Assembly: GCA_041615815.1 (NCBI GenBank)
Contig: JBFJCP010000011.1
Location: 47,684 to 111,683, forward strand
Length of the DNA stretch: 64,000 nucleotides
Source of the DNA: Gemmatimonadales bacterium
GTDB taxonomy: Bacteria; Gemmatimonadota; Gemmatimonadetes; Gemmatimonadales; GWC2-71-9
Direction of reading: 5' to 3'
Under the pieces are notes generated by a model that was given only the letters and a program-made list of their open reading frames with translations, did no database searches and was not told where the DNA came from. Below are positions 48,446-57,314 of this stretch, piece by piece. Made by a program: the position numbers and the translations under genes. Position 1 is the first letter of the stretch; the number at the start of each line of letters is the position of its first letter.

Positions 48446-49597
48446 ATGCTTCGGCGACTGTTATCCCTCGTTCTCTTGCTGTCGGTTGCTCCTCCCACCT
48501 TGGCCTGCCGGGGCCAGAGCAGTGTGGTGTCACAGGGCCGGACGGGATTCCAGACCGCGGTCGTGGATTCGGTCTTCGTCAGACTCATCGAGCGTCTATC
48601 CGAGCCGGGCGGCTACTTTGACACCGATAATCTGATATCGAATGAGCAATCGTATCTCCATGTGCTGGGAGCGCTCGAAGCTCGAGGGGTTCGGGGTGGA
48701 GCGTACATCGGTGTCGGTCCGGATCAGAGTTTCTCCTATATCGCCCACATAGAGCCCGAGATTGCCTTCATCATCGACATCAGGCGAGACAACCAGCTCC
48801 AGCATCTTTGGTTCAAGGCGTTGTTCGAGCTCTCACGCAATCGTGCAGAGTATCTGTCGCTGCTATTCGGCAAACCGATGCCAACCGGGAAGCGTTGGGA
48901 GGAAGCGCCGATCGCGCAACTACTCGAGTACATCGATGCTACGCCGACACGCACGGCGGTGCTGGAAGCGAACCGGGAGGCCATACACGCAGCGCTCCGA
49001 TCCACCGGCATCCCCTTGTCCGATGACGACCTCGGGATCATCGAGCGGATTCACGACTCGTTCATTTCAGCCGGCACGGATTTACGGTTCACCAGCCACA
49101 ACCGTCCGCCTCGGGCGTATTACCCGACGTACCGTCAACTCGTTCTGGAGCGGGACCTCGCGGGCCGGATGGGCAGCTACCTGGCGACGGAAGGGGCCTT
49201 TCGTGTCGTGAAGGATCTACAGGAACGCAATCGTATCGTACCGGTGGTGGGCGATCTGGCGGGCACCACTTCCCTTCGCGCTATTGGAGAGTATCTCACT
49301 GAGCAGCGAATCCCCGTCTCCGCATTCTACACGTCGAATGTCGAATTTTATCTCATGCGAAGCGGAACATTCGACCGTTTTGCGGAGAACGTACAGACGC
49401 TGCACCATGACGAGCGAAGCGTCATCATCCGAAGTTATTTCGGTGGCTGGTATCGCCGCCGGCACCCGCAGGCGGTCACAGGATACTTCAGCAGCCAGTT
49501 ACTCCAGCCCGTGACGGATTTTCTGAGTGCCCATCGCAACGGCGGCTACGTCTCTTACTTCGATTTGGTGACGAGGGACGCCCTCGAGCTACGCTGA
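48446..49597 (+). CDS. Exported hypothetical protein, possible SAM-dependent-transferase-like fold
   Basis: Signal peptide/lipobox TLAC; LSEPGGYFDTDNLISNE, YIGVGPDQ, VVGDLAG and FYTSNVEFYL segments. Confidence 0.75.
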   Translation: MLRRLLSLVLLLSVAPPTLACRGQSSVVSQGRTGFQTAVVDSVFVRLIERLSEPGGYFDTDNLISNEQSYLHVLGALEARGVRGGAYIGVGPDQSFSYIAHIEPEIAFIIDIRRDNQLQHLWFKALFELSRNRAEYLSLLFGKPMPTGKRWEEAPIAQLLEYIDATPTRTAVLEANREAIHAALRSTGIPLSDDDLGIIERIHDSFISAGTDLRFTSHNRPPRAYYPTYRQLVLERDLAGRMGSYLATEGAFRVVKDLQERNRIVPVVGDLAGTTSLRAIGEYLTEQRIPVSAFYTSNVEFYLMRSGTFDRFAENVQTLHHDERSVIIRSYFGGWYRRRHPQAVTGYFSSQLLQPVTDFLSAHRNGGYVSYFDLVTRDALELR

Positions 49598-49615
49598 AAC
49601 CGCCGATCGGCCGGA

Positions 49616-50098
49616 TCAGACGCTGACGACCGGCTCCCGAATATCCTCGGGGATCACCGTCACCTTTATGGGTATCACTTTCCGGACGCTCGCCGTGACG
49701 ATACAAAAGTCCTCGAAGACTTCGAGGCATCGTGCCATTCGATCCCGGTCGCCTTCCGCAACCTGGGGTCGTAGCTCAACCTGGATCTCGGTGATACGCA
49801 ATCGGTTCCGATCGTTTCGGCCGATCGTCCCATGCACGCGCGTCTCGACCCCGTGGACCTGAATCCGCGCCTTGCGCAAACAGAAGATCAAGCTGGCGCT
49901 CAGACAGTGACCAACCGCGGCACCGAGTACCCGCGCCGCGTTGGGACCGCGGTCCGCACCTAATGGTTCCGGTTCGTCCATGGTCAATTGCGGCTGCCCT
50001 GCCGCGTCAAAGCTGACCGCGAACTCGAAATCGCCTCGCTGCATGAGCGTGACGTCAAAGTTGAAATCGGTCATCATGCCCTCTCGGTCCTCGGACAT
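49616..50098 (-). CDS. OsmC family protein
   Basis: DEPEPLG...GPN; AVGHCLSAS; CLEVFEDFCIVT. Alternative start at 50077. Confidence 0.88.
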   Translation of the reverse strand: MSEDREGMMTDFNFDVTLMQRGDFEFAVSFDAAGQPQLTMDEPEPLGADRGPNAARVLGAAVGHCLSASLIFCLRKARIQVHGVETRVHGTIGRNDRNRLRITEIQVELRPQVAEGDRDRMARCLEVFEDFCIVTASVRKVIPIKVTVIPEDIREPVVSV

Positions 50099-50235
50099 TC
50101 ATACTCGTCGTGAAATCTCCTGAAGAGCGAATGAAGATCGTGCCGGTCGGCAATGATGAAGTCTTCAGGACTGGCGAACTCCGCCGCCAGCTAACAGCTT
50201 GAACCTCGCCTTACAGCCACCTACGGGGAATCGTC

Positions 50236-51789
50236 ATGTCTCGTGCATCGTTCGCAATGGTACAACGAACGGCCGTGCTCCTGCTCGTTCTGAGTCCTGG
50301 CGTGCTCACGGCCCAAGATCTCGGGCGGGTCGAATTTGCCAATTCGGGAGCTGCCGCGGCGCAAGAACCGTTTCTGACGGGCGTCCTGCTGCTGCACAGC
50401 TTCGAGTACGAGCGTGCCGCGCAAGCGTTTCGCCATGCGCAGGAAATCGACCCGGACTTCGCTCTCGCGTACTGGGGTGAGGCCATGACGTACAACCATC
50501 CGGTTTGGAACCAGCAAGACCGCGCCGCCGCACGGGTTGCACTCGATCGGTTTCCGCCGGAAAAACGCTTGGCCACAACCTTGGATTTCCGAGAGCGGAT
50601 GTATCTCGACGCGATCGAGATTCTCTACGGAGAGGGATCCAAGGAACGACGCGATACGCTCTACGCGGAAGCGATGGAGCGCCTGGTCGACCAATATCCG
50701 GACGATGCCGAAGCGAAGGCCTTCTACGCGTTGGCGCTCCTCGGATTGAGTCAGGGAGAACGCAACGTACCCACGTACATGCGGGCGGCGGCCGTGGCGT
50801 TAGAGGTGTTTGACCGCAATCCCCTACACCCGGGGGCAGCGCACTACGTCATCCACTCCTTCGACGATCCCACGCATGCTCCCCTGGGCCTCACAGCGGC
50901 GCGCGCCTACGCCAAGATCGCACCGGATGCGCCGCACGCTCAGCATATGACCACGCACATTTTCGTGGCGATGGGGCTGTGGGATGACGTCGTGTCCCAA
51001 AACACGGTTGCGTCCGGCGCCAAGCCATGGCGCCCGGGCCATTACACGTCCTGGCTGGGCTACGGGTATCTCCAGCAGGGACGCTTCACTGACGCGGAGA
51101 ACCTGCTGAACGAAGTGTGGGAGAACCTCGGTGAGGACCCACCGCCCGGACGACGTGCCTATCTCGCTGACATGCGGGCCCACTTCATCGTCAATACAGA
51201 GCAATGGGACACTCCGATGTTGCGCGCGGGTGTGGAGCTCGCCGACGTTGATTTCTGGGGAAGTCGTGGGAGGGATGTCTTCATTTCGTTCTATGCCGCG
51301 ATCAAGCGCGGGGAACACGTCGATCGCGAGCGCGCGGTCGCTGCGATGCAAGCGGCGCAGGGCGACGACCGATCCACCGGTATTCTCCTCCTCGAGCTGC
51401 AGGCGCTCTTGGCACTCGAGAATGGTCAACCGGACAAGGCGCTCCGGCTGATGCGCGAGGCCACCCAGGCGGAAGACACGATGCCGTTCGAATTCGGTCC
51501 ACCTGTGGTCGTCAAGCCATCGCACGAATTGTTCGGGGAGATCCTGCTGGACCTCGGAAGAGCGTCGGACGCGCAGCAGCAGTTTGAGCGGGCGCTTCAG
51601 CTCGCGCCCAAGCGCGCGCTGGCATTGCGCGGTCTTGGACGGGCGGCCGCCGCCGCCGGAGATCGTCGGATGGCGCAACGAGCCTATCAAACGCTGCTAT
51701 CCATCTGGCATCGGGCGGACGCCAACATGGATGTCATTGTCGAAGCGGAGAAGTACCTGGGCGCAGCACGCGTGAGCGAGCGCCGCTGA
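50236..51789 (+). CDS. Exported TPR-containing protein
   Basis: Signal peptide; LLHSFEY, DPDFALAYWGEAM, HPGAAHYVIH and HAQHMTTHIF motifs. Confidence 0.85.
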   Translation: MSRASFAMVQRTAVLLLVLSPGVLTAQDLGRVEFANSGAAAAQEPFLTGVLLLHSFEYERAAQAFRHAQEIDPDFALAYWGEAMTYNHPVWNQQDRAAARVALDRFPPEKRLATTLDFRERMYLDAIEILYGEGSKERRDTLYAEAMERLVDQYPDDAEAKAFYALALLGLSQGERNVPTYMRAAAVALEVFDRNPLHPGAAHYVIHSFDDPTHAPLGLTAARAYAKIAPDAPHAQHMTTHIFVAMGLWDDVVSQNTVASGAKPWRPGHYTSWLGYGYLQQGRFTDAENLLNEVWENLGEDPPPGRRAYLADMRAHFIVNTEQWDTPMLRAGVELADVDFWGSRGRDVFISFYAAIKRGEHVDRERAVAAMQAAQGDDRSTGILLLELQALLALENGQPDKALRLMREATQAEDTMPFEFGPPVVVKPSHELFGEILLDLGRASDAQQQFERALQLAPKRALALRGLGRAAAAAGDRRMAQRAYQTLLSIWHRADANMDVIVEAEKYLGAARVSERR

Positions 51790-51802
51790 GCCGCTCCCCA
51801 CG

Positions 51803-52519
51803 GTGAGCGGCGCCGAGTTCGTCGCGGTGAGCCTCGTCGTCGCGGCTGGCTCCATCGTGCAGGGATCGATCGGCTTCGGTTTGGGGCTCATCGGTGCCCC
51901 CCTGTTGATGCTGATCGACCCGCGGCTCGTGCCTGCCCCACTCCTGTGTTCGGCAGCCGTGCTCACCGTGCTGCTCACGTACCGGGAATGGAAAGGCATC
52001 ACATTTGGGGACCTTCGGTGGGCCCTTTCGGGGTACATCCTCGGCATCGTCGGTGCGGCCATCGTACTCGTGACTCTTGCCACCCAGTCCATCGGGCTCG
52101 TCTCCGGCGGTCTGATTCTTCTCGGGGTAGCCCTGACGGCCGCCGGTTTACCCTTGGACCCTCGGCCCGGCATTCTCGTGGGAGCAGGCGCGCTCTCTGG
52201 TTTCATGGGAACCACCGTCTCCATTGGAGGCCCACCGATCGGGTTGGTTTACCAACGCGTAGCGGGACCACGGATTCGCGGAACCCTGTCTGCCTACTTC
52301 CTGGTTGGCATCGTTCTTTCGTTGATCGGGCTCGGGATCGTCGGACGTTTTGGGCGAGCCGAGGCGGTTCTGGGACTGGCGCTGGTGCCGGGAGTGCTGC
52401 TGGGCTTCGCGCTGTCACACCGCACCGCTCGGTGGCTCGATCGGGGCCGGACCCGCACCGGAGTCCTCGTCATCTCGGCTGCCGCTGCCCTTGTGGTCAT
52501 TCTCAAGCATTTGCCGTAA
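51803..52519 (+). CDS. Sulfite exporter TauE/SafE family protein (copy 1)
   Basis: QGSIGFGLGL; SGFMGTTVSIGGPP; RGTLSAYF; about 8 TM helices. Confidence 0.9.
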   Translation: MSGAEFVAVSLVVAAGSIVQGSIGFGLGLIGAPLLMLIDPRLVPAPLLCSAAVLTVLLTYREWKGITFGDLRWALSGYILGIVGAAIVLVTLATQSIGLVSGGLILLGVALTAAGLPLDPRPGILVGAGALSGFMGTTVSIGGPPIGLVYQRVAGPRIRGTLSAYFLVGIVLSLIGLGIVGRFGRAEAVLGLALVPGVLLGFALSHRTARWLDRGRTRTGVLVISAAAALVVILKHLP

Positions 52520-52567
52520 CCCCGCAGTGACCCCGCGGTCTCCTTCAGCCTGGATGGCGCGTCGACC

Positions 52568-53284
52568 ATGACCGCCCTCGAGCTCCTGCTGGCCACGGGC
52601 GTCGTGGCAACGGGTGCGCTGCTGCAGGGCTCCATCGGATTCGGCCTCGGACTCGTCGCGGCACCCTTGCTGCTGATCATCGACCCCCGGTTCATACCGG
52701 GACCGCTGCTGACTGGATCGGCCGTCCTCACGATGCTGCTGACCCAACGGGAGTGGCGGTCGGTGAGAATGCGCGATCTCCAATGGGCGATACCCGGACG
52801 CGTGATTGGCATTGTCATTGCCGTCGGCGTCCTGGTGATCGTCCCCACGGAGTACATCGCCATTGCGTTTGGGGTTCTCGTGCTGCTGGCCGTGGCACTG
52901 AGCGCGTCCGGCCTCCATCTGACGCCGAGCCCAGGGCATTTGGTGGTGGCCGGCCTGCTTTCCGGATTCATGGGAACGACCGTCTCGATCGGCGGTCCAC
53001 CTATCGCGCTGGTGTATCAGACGGAGTCCGGTCCTCGCGTGCGGGGCACGCTCTCCGCGTATTTCCTCATCGGCGTGAGTCTCTCGCTCATCGCGCTTCG
53101 CTTGATCGGCCGGTACGGTCGGCCCGAGCTGCTGCTCGCAAGCGGGCTCATGCCGGGTATCGTTCTCGGCTTCGTACTGTCCCGGCACACCGCGGGTGTG
53201 CTCGACCGGGGATACACTCGGGTGGCAGTGCTGGTGGTGTCAGCCGTGGCGGCGGTCGTGGCGATCGGGAGGCAACTGTTCTGA
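52568..53284 (+). CDS. Sulfite exporter TauE/SafE family protein (copy 2)
   Basis: Same motifs and same 238-aa length as copy 1. Confidence 0.9.
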   Translation: MTALELLLATGVVATGALLQGSIGFGLGLVAAPLLLIIDPRFIPGPLLTGSAVLTMLLTQREWRSVRMRDLQWAIPGRVIGIVIAVGVLVIVPTEYIAIAFGVLVLLAVALSASGLHLTPSPGHLVVAGLLSGFMGTTVSIGGPPIALVYQTESGPRVRGTLSAYFLIGVSLSLIALRLIGRYGRPELLLASGLMPGIVLGFVLSRHTAGVLDRGYTRVAVLVVSAVAAVVAIGRQLF

Positions 53285-53361
53285 CCATCCGTACTCCCTC
53301 GGCACGACCACGCCCGAGCGCGCTCTCCGGATACCTCTCGTTACCACTCGGAGTTGGGGCC

Positions 53362-53847
53362 ATGCGTACTGCTGCAGGAACTGCTGGCATCCTCATCACC
53401 TCACTCACGATCCTCGCCACGCCGGTGACCGCGCAACGCGCGCCGGCCACGAACGACTATCAAAAGGCCACTCGCGGAACGCGGTGGCTGGAATCGCCCG
53501 GCGGAACGATGATCAAGGTACTAGTAGAAGCTTCGAACCTTGGCGGAGCCGACGTCGAGCTTGCCGAGATCACTTTCCCAGTAGGTAGCGGCGCCTCGGC
53601 CGGTGCCGGGCACCAGCATACCTCAGTGGAGATCCTGTACATCCTGACCGGCGAATTGAATCACATCGTCAACGGGACGTCGCATGTTCTGACAGCCGGG
53701 ATGGTGGGAGTGGTCCGTCCAGGAGACCGGGTCATCCATCGCGTACTCTCGGCCGAGCCCGTGAAGGTCCTCGTCATCTGGGCGCCGGGAGGGGAGGCGG
53801 ACCGGATAGCCCGGTTCTTCACGGAGCGTCCGATCGAACAACGGTGA
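53362..53847 (+). CDS. Exported cupin domain protein
   Basis: Signal peptide; GHQHTSVEILYILTGEL; VIH. Confidence 0.85.
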   Translation: MRTAAGTAGILITSLTILATPVTAQRAPATNDYQKATRGTRWLESPGGTMIKVLVEASNLGGADVELAEITFPVGSGASAGAGHQHTSVEILYILTGELNHIVNGTSHVLTAGMVGVVRPGDRVIHRVLSAEPVKVLVIWAPGGEADRIARFFTERPIEQR

Positions 53848-53896
53848 GTCTTGTTCAGCCGGACACGAGCGCGTCCTGCCTGACCAGGGAGGGGTG

Positions 53897-54292
53897 TTAC
53901 TCGACGATCACCGCGCTGTTGCGGCATCCGGTGCAATGTACTTCGCGGGTCTCAACGCCTCCGTGTGACTCATGCGGCCCCAGCAGCAGATTCCCGCTGC
54001 AACGCGGACACGCCACAATGCGGTCGTTGTCCACGATCATGGCGAGAATTGCCACCGTCTCCTCCCACGAGAACTGGGCCGCCGGGGGAAGCCGGCGATC
54101 GTCGCTGATGCGTCGGTCGCGCCCGCTCCGGCGCTCTCTGCCGGTCCGGCGCTCGTGCTCGACCGGGAGATCGAGCTCTCGCCGATCGGTCCGCCGGCGC
54201 TCTAGTCGGGTACGACGCTCATGCCGCAGGCGGCGGTCGTCGAGAAACCGCTGGATCGACTCGTCGGGATCGGGGGTGGCGCGGTGAACCAT
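53897..54292 (-). CDS. Hypothetical protein with [DE]RR repeats and a C-terminal CxxC...CxxC zinc ribbon
   Basis: Eight [DE]RR units, then CPRC and CTGC. Confidence 0.75.
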   Translation of the reverse strand: MVHRATPDPDESIQRFLDDRRLRHERRTRLERRRTDRRELDLPVEHERRTGRERRSGRDRRISDDRRLPPAAQFSWEETVAILAMIVDNDRIVACPRCSGNLLLGPHESHGGVETREVHCTGCRNSAVIVE

Positions 54293-54361
54293 GACTTGGG
54301 CGCGTTCAACTCGGTATCGTCGTCCATGGTTTTAGCCCGCGGGACGCGATTGCGCTAGGCG

Positions 54362-55639
54362 TCACCGCTCCCGCACGACCATCCCCGCCTTCATGACGAA
54401 GCGCACGGCGCGCAAGGCTGCTATGTCTGTTGTGGGATCGCCCTCGACGGCAATGAGATCGGCACGCAAACCCTCGCGGATGAGCCCTCGATCCACCAGG
54501 CCCAACAGACGAGCATTCTCCGACGTCGCCGCCCGTACGGCGTTCAGGGGTGTCATGCCGTAGTCCACCATCAACTCCAATTCTCGTACGTTGTCGCCGT
54601 GCGGGTACACACCAACGTCACCGCCAAAACAGATGGGAACCCCGGCCGCCAGCGCTTCTCGGAACGCTTCGCGTTTCCCCACGATCCGCGCTGGCTCGGG
54701 GTCGACACCCTTGCGCCACCCGCGATACTGCTCCACGGCATCGCCAGCTGCGAGGGTTGGGCAAAGTGCGACACCGCGATCTGCCATCAGCCGAAACACC
54801 TCCGGCGTGCCCCCGTCTCCATGCTCGATGGTGGCCACCCCGGCCAGGGTGGCGCGCCGCATTCCCTCCGGAGAGCTTGCGTGCGCAACGACCTGGCGTC
54901 CACTGCTTTGGGTGACGTCTACGATCAAGTCGAGCTCCTCTTGGGTGAACGTTGCCCTCGCCTCGCCCTGCGGTCCCCACCGATAATCCGCGTAGACTTT
55001 GATCCAATCTGCGCCTCGACCAATCTGGTCACGCACGACGCGGATCAGATCGTCGTGACCGTCGGCTGGCTCGGCGCCCAACGGAAGATCCCACTCGGCT
55101 GCTCCCTTAGGTCCATAACTCCCCGTGGCCACGATGGCGCGTGTCGTCACGAGCATGTGCGGTCCGGGAATGACGCCGGTATCGATGGCGCGTTTGAGAC
55201 CCACATCGGCATACGCGGCGCCTTCCGTTCCCAGATCACGTGTCGTGGTGACGCCGGCCTGTAGCGTGGCTGCCGCTCCTACCGTGGCTCGGGCGATTCG
55301 CATGGCCAGTGGCTCCACCAGGACCTGATCGTTCCAGCTGGCCTCATCGTACGGATGCAGGAGAAAGTGAGAGTGACCCTCGATGAGGCCGGGTAGGAGC
55401 GTGAGGCCTTTGAGCTCGAGGACGCTCGCCCCCGGTGGCCTGGGTGTGCGAGCTGCCGGCCCGGCCGACGCGATACGCCCACCCACCACGATTACCTCCC
55501 AGCCGCGATGCACGGTTGGCGTGGTGCCATCAAACACCCGATCTGGCCGAAGGACGATCGCGTTTTGCGCTCGGGCTGCGGACAACGGCGAGCCGATCGT
55601 GAACAGGGCAATCGCTGCAATCCATTGTTGGACACGCAT
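54362..55639 (-). CDS. Metal-dependent amidohydrolase (Xaa-Pro dipeptidase-like), exported
   Basis: PGLIEGHSH, GVTTTRDLG, DWIKVY, AHA, IEHG and GLRADLIAVEGDP motifs. Alternative start at 55666. Confidence 0.9.
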   Translation of the reverse strand: MRVQQWIAAIALFTIGSPLSAARAQNAIVLRPDRVFDGTTPTVHRGWEVIVVGGRIASAGPAARTPRPPGASVLELKGLTLLPGLIEGHSHFLLHPYDEASWNDQVLVEPLAMRIARATVGAAATLQAGVTTTRDLGTEGAAYADVGLKRAIDTGVIPGPHMLVTTRAIVATGSYGPKGAAEWDLPLGAEPADGHDDLIRVVRDQIGRGADWIKVYADYRWGPQGEARATFTQEELDLIVDVTQSSGRQVVAHASSPEGMRRATLAGVATIEHGDGGTPEVFRLMADRGVALCPTLAAGDAVEQYRGWRKGVDPEPARIVGKREAFREALAAGVPICFGGDVGVYPHGDNVRELELMVDYGMTPLNAVRAATSENARLLGLVDRGLIREGLRADLIAVEGDPTTDIAALRAVRFVMKAGMVVRER

Positions 55640-55662
55640 TTGAACGACTCCGTGAAGCGAAT

Positions 55663-56622
55663 TCATCGAACGGCGATGGGATTTCCTGGAGACCCCGTGG
55701 CACCTTTGAGCCTGAGCGGCGCAAAGACGAAGGCAAACTCGTACACGCCATCGTTGGCAAGCGCGGTCAGGTCGAGATTCTCGAGATTGTAGATCCCATT
55801 GCGATTCATGAGCCATTGGTGACCCTCGAAGGGGCGATCCGTGTCTTCCCCGGGCACCGCTTCCACCGACGGCGTGTCGGCTCCCGTCAAGACAATCTTC
55901 CGATCCACCAGCCATTGGATCGCCGTGACACCGGGGCCAGGGTTCGATGCCTGGTAGGTCTCGTTGTCCTCCATCCAGAGTTGACCATGCCCCGTGTAAA
56001 AGAACACGGCATCCCCCTCCTGAATGTCCACTCCCTGCCGGGCGAGGGCGCCCTGAATGTCCTCGACGGTCACGATGTACGTGGGTTCGAGACGCTGCAC
56101 GTCCTTGTATGCCACGAGATCAACCAGAACTCCACGTATGAATAACGGACCCACGTGCTCGATCCCGAGCTTGGTCAGGCCATACGCGGTGCCAAACTCC
56201 GAGAGGGTGAAACCGTTATAGAACACGGCCTCCCCATCTACCTGCGTTCCGATGTGTCCGAGCCCGTCGAACTGCGTGCCGACCTGGCCAATCTCTGTGC
56301 TCACGAGTTCGTCGTTGTAGACGATCTGATTGGTGCCGAAGGGCCCTCCGGTGGGAAGTCCCGGGATCGTCAACGAGTAGTGTCGGCTGCCAAAGAGCGG
56401 CATGCCCGCTTCGTAAACCCGCCCCAATTGGTAGATCTTGCCGTGCGTGATCAGCCGTGCCGCTGCGAGCACCCGCGCCTCCGTCACCCGATTCGCAGCA
56501 CCTCGCTGATCCTCAGGACCCCATTCGGAGGGCCACCAGGTGGACCCGGTGGGCGTCTGAGCGCCCAACGACGATGCCATCAGCAAGACCGCGAGACCAA
56601 GACCACTGCGGACCCGGAGCAT
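55663..56622 (-). CDS. Cyclase (kynurenine formamidase-like) family protein, exported
   Basis: WGPEDQRGAAN, GTQFDGLGH, RGVLVD, GAD, ENL and GATGSPGNPIA motifs. Confidence 0.9.
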   Translation of the reverse strand: MLRVRSGLGLAVLLMASSLGAQTPTGSTWWPSEWGPEDQRGAANRVTEARVLAAARLITHGKIYQLGRVYEAGMPLFGSRHYSLTIPGLPTGGPFGTNQIVYNDELVSTEIGQVGTQFDGLGHIGTQVDGEAVFYNGFTLSEFGTAYGLTKLGIEHVGPLFIRGVLVDLVAYKDVQRLEPTYIVTVEDIQGALARQGVDIQEGDAVFFYTGHGQLWMEDNETYQASNPGPGVTAIQWLVDRKIVLTGADTPSVEAVPGEDTDRPFEGHQWLMNRNGIYNLENLDLTALANDGVYEFAFVFAPLRLKGATGSPGNPIAVR

Positions 56623-56840
56623 AGAAACCTCGAGCTGGGTTGAACGAGATGGATGGTTGGCCGATTCGAGCCTCCAAGCCAAGCGTCGCCGACCCGTACC
56701 GGCCATGCATATGATCATGTCCGTTCCCACCTGAAGGCAAATCGGGGTGCCGCCTGCTGGACTCGCGAACTCGCCGAGCACGGCTCATTTTAGACACCAC
56801 ACGCAGACACAACCTATCGAGTCAACGAGCCGGAGGCCGT

Positions 56841-57314
56841 ATGCGTACCCGTTCCGCCACACTCATACTGGCGGCCATCGCCCTAGGCGTTACGGCCTGC
56901 CAACCAACACAACCCGCGGCGTTGTCGGAAGAAGATCTCCAAGGCATACGCGACGTCACGGCACAATGGCAGGCGGCGGCAGTGGCCAACGACAACGCAG
57001 GCCTCGCGGCGCTGTACACCGAGGAGGCCGTCTTCATGCCGCCCAATCAGCCTGCTGTCGAAGGGCGGGCGAGCATTCAGACGTGGATCGAGAGCTTCCC
57101 TGCCATGACCACGGCGGAGCTCGTGATCGATGAGATCGACGGTCGCGGCGATCTGGCGTTCGTCCGCGGTCACTACGACATCACGATGACCGGTCCTGAT
57201 GGTGCGCTGATCCCGGACCGGGGTAAATACCTCGAGATCCGTCGCCGACAACCGGACGGTGCCTGGCTGCTAGCTGTCGACATCTTCAACTCGGACTTGC
57301 CGCAGCCCGAATGA
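56841..57314 (+). CDS. DUF4440/YybH NTF2-like lipoprotein
   Basis: Lipobox VTAC; LYTEEAVFMPPN; GKYLEIRRRQPDGAW..DIFNSD. Confidence 0.88.
   Translation: MRTRSATLILAAIALGVTACQPTQPAALSEEDLQGIRDVTAQWQAAAVANDNAGLAALYTEEAVFMPPNQPAVEGRASIQTWIESFPAMTTAELVIDEIDGRGDLAFVRGHYDITMTGPDGALIPDRGKYLEIRRRQPDGAWLLAVDIFNSDLPQPE

Noticed and set aside
50150..50190. Fluoride (crcB) riboswitch-like GGCGGCGGAGTTCGCC...CTGAAGACTTC on the minus strand upstream of osmC
   Set aside because: Lacks the conserved GAUG and the AAAC-plus-stem segment; spacing is too short; no fluoride-related gene follows.
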